A stretch of 64,000 nt of DNA from an uncultured Verrucomicrobiae bacterium. GTDB lineage: Bacteria > Verrucomicrobiota > Verrucomicrobiia > Chthoniobacterales > UBA10450. The stretch's first letter is position 1, and every line of letters begins with the position of its first letter. Shown piece by piece: positions 59,504-64,000 of this stretch. A program made the translations under genes and the position numbers. The stretch lies in contig CAWDGJ010000003.1 in assembly GCA_963801815.1 (NCBI GenBank), forward strand, positions 736,001 to 800,000, written 5' to 3'. The notes beneath the pieces were generated by a model that had not been told where the DNA came from, made no database searches, and saw nothing but the letters and a program-made list of their open reading frames with translations.

Positions 59504-60493
59504 ATGCGCTCCGTTTGGAAAAGAATCCGATACCGTCTTGAATGGGCCGGCCTGCTGATCGCGACCAAGTTCGTTCCGTTGTTGTCGCGCCAAGCTTGTT
59601 ATCGGCTGGCGCTTGCGCTGGGCGGGCTGATGTCGATCCTGGATCGGCACGGCCGCGAAGTTGCGATCAGTAATCTCGAGGTCGCGTTCGGGGACCGCTT
59701 CACGCCGCGAGAGCGCGAACGAATCGCGCGCGAATCGTTTCAACATTTCGCGCGCACAATGCTCGATTTGTTGTGGAGCCCGCGATTAACTCGCGAGAAT
59801 TTTCCGGTCTACATCGAGTTCGAAAACCTGGAAGAAATCGATCGCGCGAGCGGACCTGAGCGCAGCTTCATCAATGCATGTTATCACTATAGCAATTTCG
59901 AATGGTTCAGTCTGGCAAGTGGATATTCGGGATTGGGCGGCACGATCATTTCCCAGGAGTTCCGAAATTCATTGCTTGATCCAATCTTCAGAAAATTGCG
60001 CGAGCAATCGGGCCACGAATTGATCCCGCGACAAGGCGGAATCGTCCGTCTTTACAAAAGGCTGCGGCGAAAAGGCCGCACGGCGTTGCTGGTTGATCTT
60101 ACTTTGCATCCCAAAATGCCGTCGGTGGTGATCGATTGTTTCGGTTTGAAAACGAACGTGACTTCGGCGCAGGCCTGGCTAAACGAACAAACCGGCGCGC
60201 CGATCATTCCGGCGCACACCGAGCCGCTGCCGAACGGGCGCTATCGGGTAGTGTTTCATCCGAAAATTGAGACGGCCGGTCGAAATTATCAGCAGATTGC
60301 GCAGGCGTGCTGGGATTCGTTCGAGCCGTATGTGCGCAAGAGTCCGGCGCCGTGGCTTTGGATGTATAAACATTGGCGGTACAAGCCGGCGAACGCGACC
60401 AGGCCCTATCCATTTTACGCGCGGCCGCATCGTCGGTTCGATAAGCGAATCGCCGGCGTCGCCGAAAACAAGCCGAAGTCGATGAAGATGTAG
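59504..60493 (+). CDS. Lipid A acyltransferase (LpxL/HtrB family)
   Basis: NLEVAF, HYSNFE, LLVD, PWLWMYKHWR. Confidence 0.85.
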   Translation: MRSVWKRIRYRLEWAGLLIATKFVPLLSRQACYRLALALGGLMSILDRHGREVAISNLEVAFGDRFTPRERERIARESFQHFARTMLDLLWSPRLTRENFPVYIEFENLEEIDRASGPERSFINACYHYSNFEWFSLASGYSGLGGTIISQEFRNSLLDPIFRKLREQSGHELIPRQGGIVRLYKRLRRKGRTALLVDLTLHPKMPSVVIDCFGLKTNVTSAQAWLNEQTGAPIIPAHTEPLPNGRYRVVFHPKIETAGRNYQQIAQACWDSFEPYVRKSPAPWLWMYKHWRYKPANATRPYPFYARPHRRFDKRIAGVAENKPKSMKM

Positions 60494-60530
60494 CGTTGAC
60501 AAAAGTCCGCACTCCTTTTCAAGTACCGCC

Positions 60531-61154
60531 ATGCGAATCGTTTCCCGTTTAGCGTTGGCCGCTGCTGTTCCAGTCGTGTTGTCGTTTGTCACTGGTTGCC
60601 AAACCGGAGGAGGTGGCACCGCCTATCGAGGTGGACGTGCTTATCACGTTGTTGCCTATAAACCACACGACCAATCAATGGTGCAGGTGAAGCTCTCGAA
60701 AAGCACGCAGACCGTATACGTGATGGAAGGTGATCGATTGCTCATGGCCGCACAGGCAAACGTTGGCCGTGGCGGCGCGGAAACGCCTTCAGGCAACTTC
60801 TCGATTATCAATAAGGACAAAACCAAACGCCGCGTCAGCGAACCGGATGCCGGTTACCCGATGGCCTATTGGTGTGAATTCGCGCCCGCCTACGGTTTTC
60901 ATGAAGGCTTTGTCTGGTCGACGCCAAGGACCCACGGTTGTGTTCGGCTGCATCGCGAGGCAGCTGCCCGTCTTTACGCGCTCGTGCGAATCGGAACGCC
61001 AGTCCACATCGCGCAGTCTTTTCCCGAAGATGCCAAATACGCGAAGGACGTAATGCGGATCGATCAAAGCGGCGATCCCAACCCACCGCGCTCGTTGCTA
61101 ATGTCTTCGGAGTGGTTCAAGGACCCGCCGGGTCCGCTGCTGGTTAACCAATAA
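60531..61154 (+). CDS. L,D-transpeptidase family lipoprotein
   Basis: Lipobox VTGC, TPSGNF, YGFH, THGCVRL. Confidence 0.87.
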   Translation: MRIVSRLALAAAVPVVLSFVTGCQTGGGGTAYRGGRAYHVVAYKPHDQSMVQVKLSKSTQTVYVMEGDRLLMAAQANVGRGGAETPSGNFSIINKDKTKRRVSEPDAGYPMAYWCEFAPAYGFHEGFVWSTPRTHGCVRLHREAAARLYALVRIGTPVHIAQSFPEDAKYAKDVMRIDQSGDPNPPRSLLMSSEWFKDPPGPLLVNQ

Positions 61155-61220
61155 AGCTCGCCAAACGAGCTTTGATAGACGGCTGAAACTCGGCTGCGAC
61201 GTGCTAGAGTTTGCGGAGGC

Positions 61221-62459
61221 ATGAGCACGAACCTGATATCCAGCGGGACGACGGCGCGCGAGAAGGTCAACTTGCGGACGCCGGACGTGATGGCAGCCGT
61301 CCAGGAACAGGTCGAGGCGCATTATCGCAGTGACATCGTCGATAAGGTCCGCCGCCAGGGCGGAGTAATCAAAGTCGGCGACACCACCGTGCGGCTGGCG
61401 AAACAATTCGGTTTTTGCTATGGCGTCGAACGTGCGATTGATCTCGCTTACGCCGCGCGCAAAGTTTTTAAGGACCGCCGGCTCTTCATCGTCGGCGAGA
61501 TCATTCACAATCCCGAGGTCAATCACCAGATCGCGTCGCTCGGCATTAAAAATCTCACCGGGCGCAACAAGCAGGCAGAAATTTCCGATCTTCAAACTGA
61601 CGACATCGTGATCGTTCCAGCCTTCGGCACGGAGTTGGCGATTTTGCAGCAAATCAAGGAGCGCGGTTGCCAGATTGTGGACACCACGTGCGGCGACGTA
61701 ATGAGTGTTTGGAAGCGCGTGCGCAAGTATGCCAGCGAATCAGTGACGTCTATTATTCACGGGAAAGCCGAGCACGAGGAAACGAAGGCGACGAGCTCAC
61801 GCGCGCTTGGCGATGGGACCGGACACTATTTGGTCGTTCTTACTCTGGCTGAAACCGACTATGTTTGCGATTACATTCGTCACGGCGGCGACAAGAACGC
61901 GTTTCTCGAGAAGTTTAAAGGCGCGTATTCACCCGGCTTCGATCCGGATGTGCATTTGAAAACTGTCGGTGTCGCGAATCAAACCACGATGTTACGTGGC
62001 GAAACGGAGGAAGTGCAGCGCCGCGTTCGGAAGGCGATCATTGACCGGGATGGTCCGGATGAAGCGGCGAAGAATTTTCGTTTCTTCGACACGATTTGCG
62101 GCGCGACCCAGGAACGTCAGGACGCGTTGCGCGAATTGCTGGACGTGAAGATGGATTTGCTTCTGGTGGTTGGCGGTTACAACAGCTCGAACACGTCGCA
62201 TCTCGCGGAGATGGGCGAAGAGAAATTGCCGACTTACTTTGTGCTTAACGCTTCGCGACTGGTGTCGCGGACGGAGATCAAGCATTACAATCTCCATGAG
62301 AAACGCGAAGTCGTTTCGCATTTCTGGCTTCCGACTGGTCCCGCAGTTGTTGGGATCACCGCCGGCGCGTCGTGCCCGAATAATTTAATCGAAGAAACTC
62401 TGATTCGCCTTTTCGAATTGCGCGGGATTCCGCGCCAGCAACTCGAACTCGCGGCGTAG
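61221..62459 (+). CDS. ispH: 4-hydroxy-3-methylbut-2-enyl diphosphate reductase
   Basis: GFCYGVERA, IIHNP, DTTC, QTT, TICGAT, SSNT, GITAGASCP. Confidence 0.95.
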   Translation: MSTNLISSGTTAREKVNLRTPDVMAAVQEQVEAHYRSDIVDKVRRQGGVIKVGDTTVRLAKQFGFCYGVERAIDLAYAARKVFKDRRLFIVGEIIHNPEVNHQIASLGIKNLTGRNKQAEISDLQTDDIVIVPAFGTELAILQQIKERGCQIVDTTCGDVMSVWKRVRKYASESVTSIIHGKAEHEETKATSSRALGDGTGHYLVVLTLAETDYVCDYIRHGGDKNAFLEKFKGAYSPGFDPDVHLKTVGVANQTTMLRGETEEVQRRVRKAIIDRDGPDEAAKNFRFFDTICGATQERQDALRELLDVKMDLLLVVGGYNSSNTSHLAEMGEEKLPTYFVLNASRLVSRTEIKHYNLHEKREVVSHFWLPTGPAVVGITAGASCPNNLIEETLIRLFELRGIPRQQLELAA

Positions 62460-62472
62460 GTCCGACCTCGCT

Positions 62473-62589
62473 TCATTAGCACCGCGGCTTTAGCGCGGTG
62501 TAGCCGCCCTCACGGCCGGAGAAACCGTTTAAACGGTTTTTCACGAGACGTCGCTGGTCAGTCGCCTTACTGAAGTAAGGTGTTAATGA
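62473..62589. repeat. MITE/REPIN-like element with three internal palindromes
   Basis: Ends TCATTAGCACC / GGTGTTAATGA, hairpins CACCGCG..CGCGGTG, AAACCGTTTAAACGGTTT, CCTTACTGAAGTAAGG. Confidence 0.75.
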
Positions 62590-62634
62590 GATCTGCACGC
62601 AAACCGCCCGCGCCATGCGAAATATTTGTGAGTT

Positions 62635-63471
62635 ATGGCACGGGCAATTTGGAAGGGCAGCATCAGTTTCGGTTTGGTTAATATTCCGATCGGGCTTTAT
62701 CCGGCGACTCGGAAAGAGGAACTCAGGTTTCGATTGCTTAGAAAAAGCGATCTGAGTCCGGTGAACTATAAGCGGGTTGCGGAAAAGGACGGCAAAGAAG
62801 TTCCGTGGGACGAGATCGTGAAAGGTTACGAGTACGAAAAAGGAAAATACGTCGTGCTCAGGGACGAAGATTTTCAACGAGTCGATATCGAGGCGACCCA
62901 GACTGTGGACATCCACGACTTTGTCGATCTGGAAGAGATCGATCCGATCTACTTCTACAAGCCGTACTATTTAGAGCCGCAAAAAGGCGGAGATAAGGCT
63001 TATGCGCTTCTGCGGGATTCTTTGGAGCAAAAGAAGAAGATTGGAGTGGCCAAGGTTGTCATCAAGACGCGTGAATATCTCGCCGGCGTAAAGCCGGAGG
63101 ACGGCGTGCTCGTGCTCGAGTTAATGCATTTCGCGGACGAGCTGGCCGACAGCGGAAAACTTCACATTCCGAAGAAAGTCGAAGTCGGGAGACGCGAAAT
63201 GAAGATGGCAACGGCGCTGATCGACAGCATGAGCACGAAATGGAATCCGGAGAAGTACAAGGACGATTATCGCGAAGCCCTAATGGAAGTGATCGAAAAG
63301 AAAGTCGAAGCTGGCGGAAAAGAAATCGAAAAGAGACCGAAAAAGGCGCCGAAGCCGACGAAAGTCATCGATCTCGTTAAAGTCTTGCAGCGAAGTCTCG
63401 AGCAAACCGGCCCGAAGAAGAAAACGGCCCGTGAGAGCAAACATTCGCAGCGTCATAAAAAAGCGGCGTAA
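62635..63471 (+). CDS. ku: Non-homologous end joining protein Ku
   Basis: MARAIWKGSISFGLVNIP, IVKGYEY, KPYYLEP, YKDDYR, basic C-terminal tail. Confidence 0.95.
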   Translation: MARAIWKGSISFGLVNIPIGLYPATRKEELRFRLLRKSDLSPVNYKRVAEKDGKEVPWDEIVKGYEYEKGKYVVLRDEDFQRVDIEATQTVDIHDFVDLEEIDPIYFYKPYYLEPQKGGDKAYALLRDSLEQKKKIGVAKVVIKTREYLAGVKPEDGVLVLELMHFADELADSGKLHIPKKVEVGRREMKMATALIDSMSTKWNPEKYKDDYREALMEVIEKKVEAGGKEIEKRPKKAPKPTKVIDLVKVLQRSLEQTGPKKKTARESKHSQRHKKAA

Positions 63472-63474
63472 TTG

Positions 63475-63567
63475 TTGTAGCGGCGGTCTACTTGTCGCGC
63501 CGTAGCTTTAGCGAAGGTGGATGACCGCCGTTTTTGTTGAACTCGGCGCTCATGAAGCGCCGCTCGA
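63475..63567. repeat. GTAG-type REP element with a second REP nested in its first hairpin
   Basis: TTGTAGCGGCGGTC [..CGCCGTAGCTTTAGCGAAGGTGGA..] GACCGCCG ... CGGCGCTCATGAAGCGCCGCT. Confidence 0.7.
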
Positions 63568-63608
63568 CTCTTGACACACAAGATCGAGATCGTGCAGCTT
63601 GAGCGGCG

Positions 63609-64000
63609 ATGAACTCGCTCAATCGATTTGCAGATCCGGTTTTTTGCATCACGAGACTGATTGTCGGTTTGATGTTCGCCGCGCACGGCGGTCAAAAGGT
63701 TCTCGGTTTCCCGCCTGGTGGAGGGGGAGCGACAGGTATTTTCCTAGTTGGAGGTTGGATTGAATTGACTTGCGGATTGTTGGTGGCTTTTGGCTTCCTA
63801 ACGCGGATTGGGGCGTTTGTGGCAGCGGGGGAAATGGCCGTCGCGTATTTCTGGATTCATTTTTCGCACAGCTTTTTCGCGGCTAAAGGAGCTCCGATTA
63901 ATGGCGAATCGGCTGTATTCTATTGCTGGTTCTTTTTCTTCGCGATCTTTTACGGCGCCGGTCGCTGGAGCATCGACGCCATGATCGGAAAGGGAAAAAC
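63609..64000 (+). CDS. DoxX family membrane protein (runs off the window end)
   Basis: RLIVGLMFAAHGGQKVLGFP, IELTCGLLVAFGFLTR, GEMAVAYF, GAGRWSID. Confidence 0.85.
   Translation, partial: MNSLNRFADPVFCITRLIVGLMFAAHGGQKVLGFPPGGGGATGIFLVGGWIELTCGLLVAFGFLTRIGAFVAAGEMAVAYFWIHFSHSFFAAKGAPINGESAVFYCWFFFFAIFYGAGRWSIDAMIGKGK

Noticed and set aside
62635..64000. Ku as a prophage or mobile-element marker, or orphan Ku lacking LigD
   Set aside because: It is a typical bacterial NHEJ Ku, there are no phage genes nearby, and ligD may lie outside the window.

Overview
A 64 kb, moderately GC-rich bacterial window that is mostly housekeeping genes. Gene content, sequence style and repeat families suggest Verrucomicrobiota, probably Spartobacteria/Chthoniobacterales (inference, no database search). 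Core genes include ftsY, nusB, ribH, ribBA, VKOR+DsbA, a pyrimidine-nucleoside phosphorylase, fcl, a GnnA-like oxidoreductase, lpxB, iscA/erpA, mutL, gmd, P-II, uppP, purA, uppS, hemW, family-4 UDG, queA, opcA-zwf, an LMW-phosphatase::GlyA fusion, an LpxL-type acyltransferase, ispH and Ku. A ~15.5 kb minus-strand Wzm/Wzt surface-polysaccharide cluster (26.1-41.7 kb) carries two frameshifted genes and one internally deleted remnant. There are two small accessory blocks: 1.9-5.8 kb, and 10.7-12.8 kb (lipoprotein + small hydrophobic-hairpin protein + papain-family protease), the best candidate for an undescribed system. Non-coding DNA is rich in GTAG-type REP/REPIN-like hairpins and 7/8-nt periodic repeats, and some hairpins sit in-frame inside ftsY, mutL and an MFS gene. 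Other signals are a structured purA leader, a LexA-like box upstream of mutL, an active-site-altered nucleoside phosphorylase and widespread leaderless-type promoters. No rRNA, tRNA, CRISPR array, transposase or integrase was recognised. Product calls come from motif recognition by eye.
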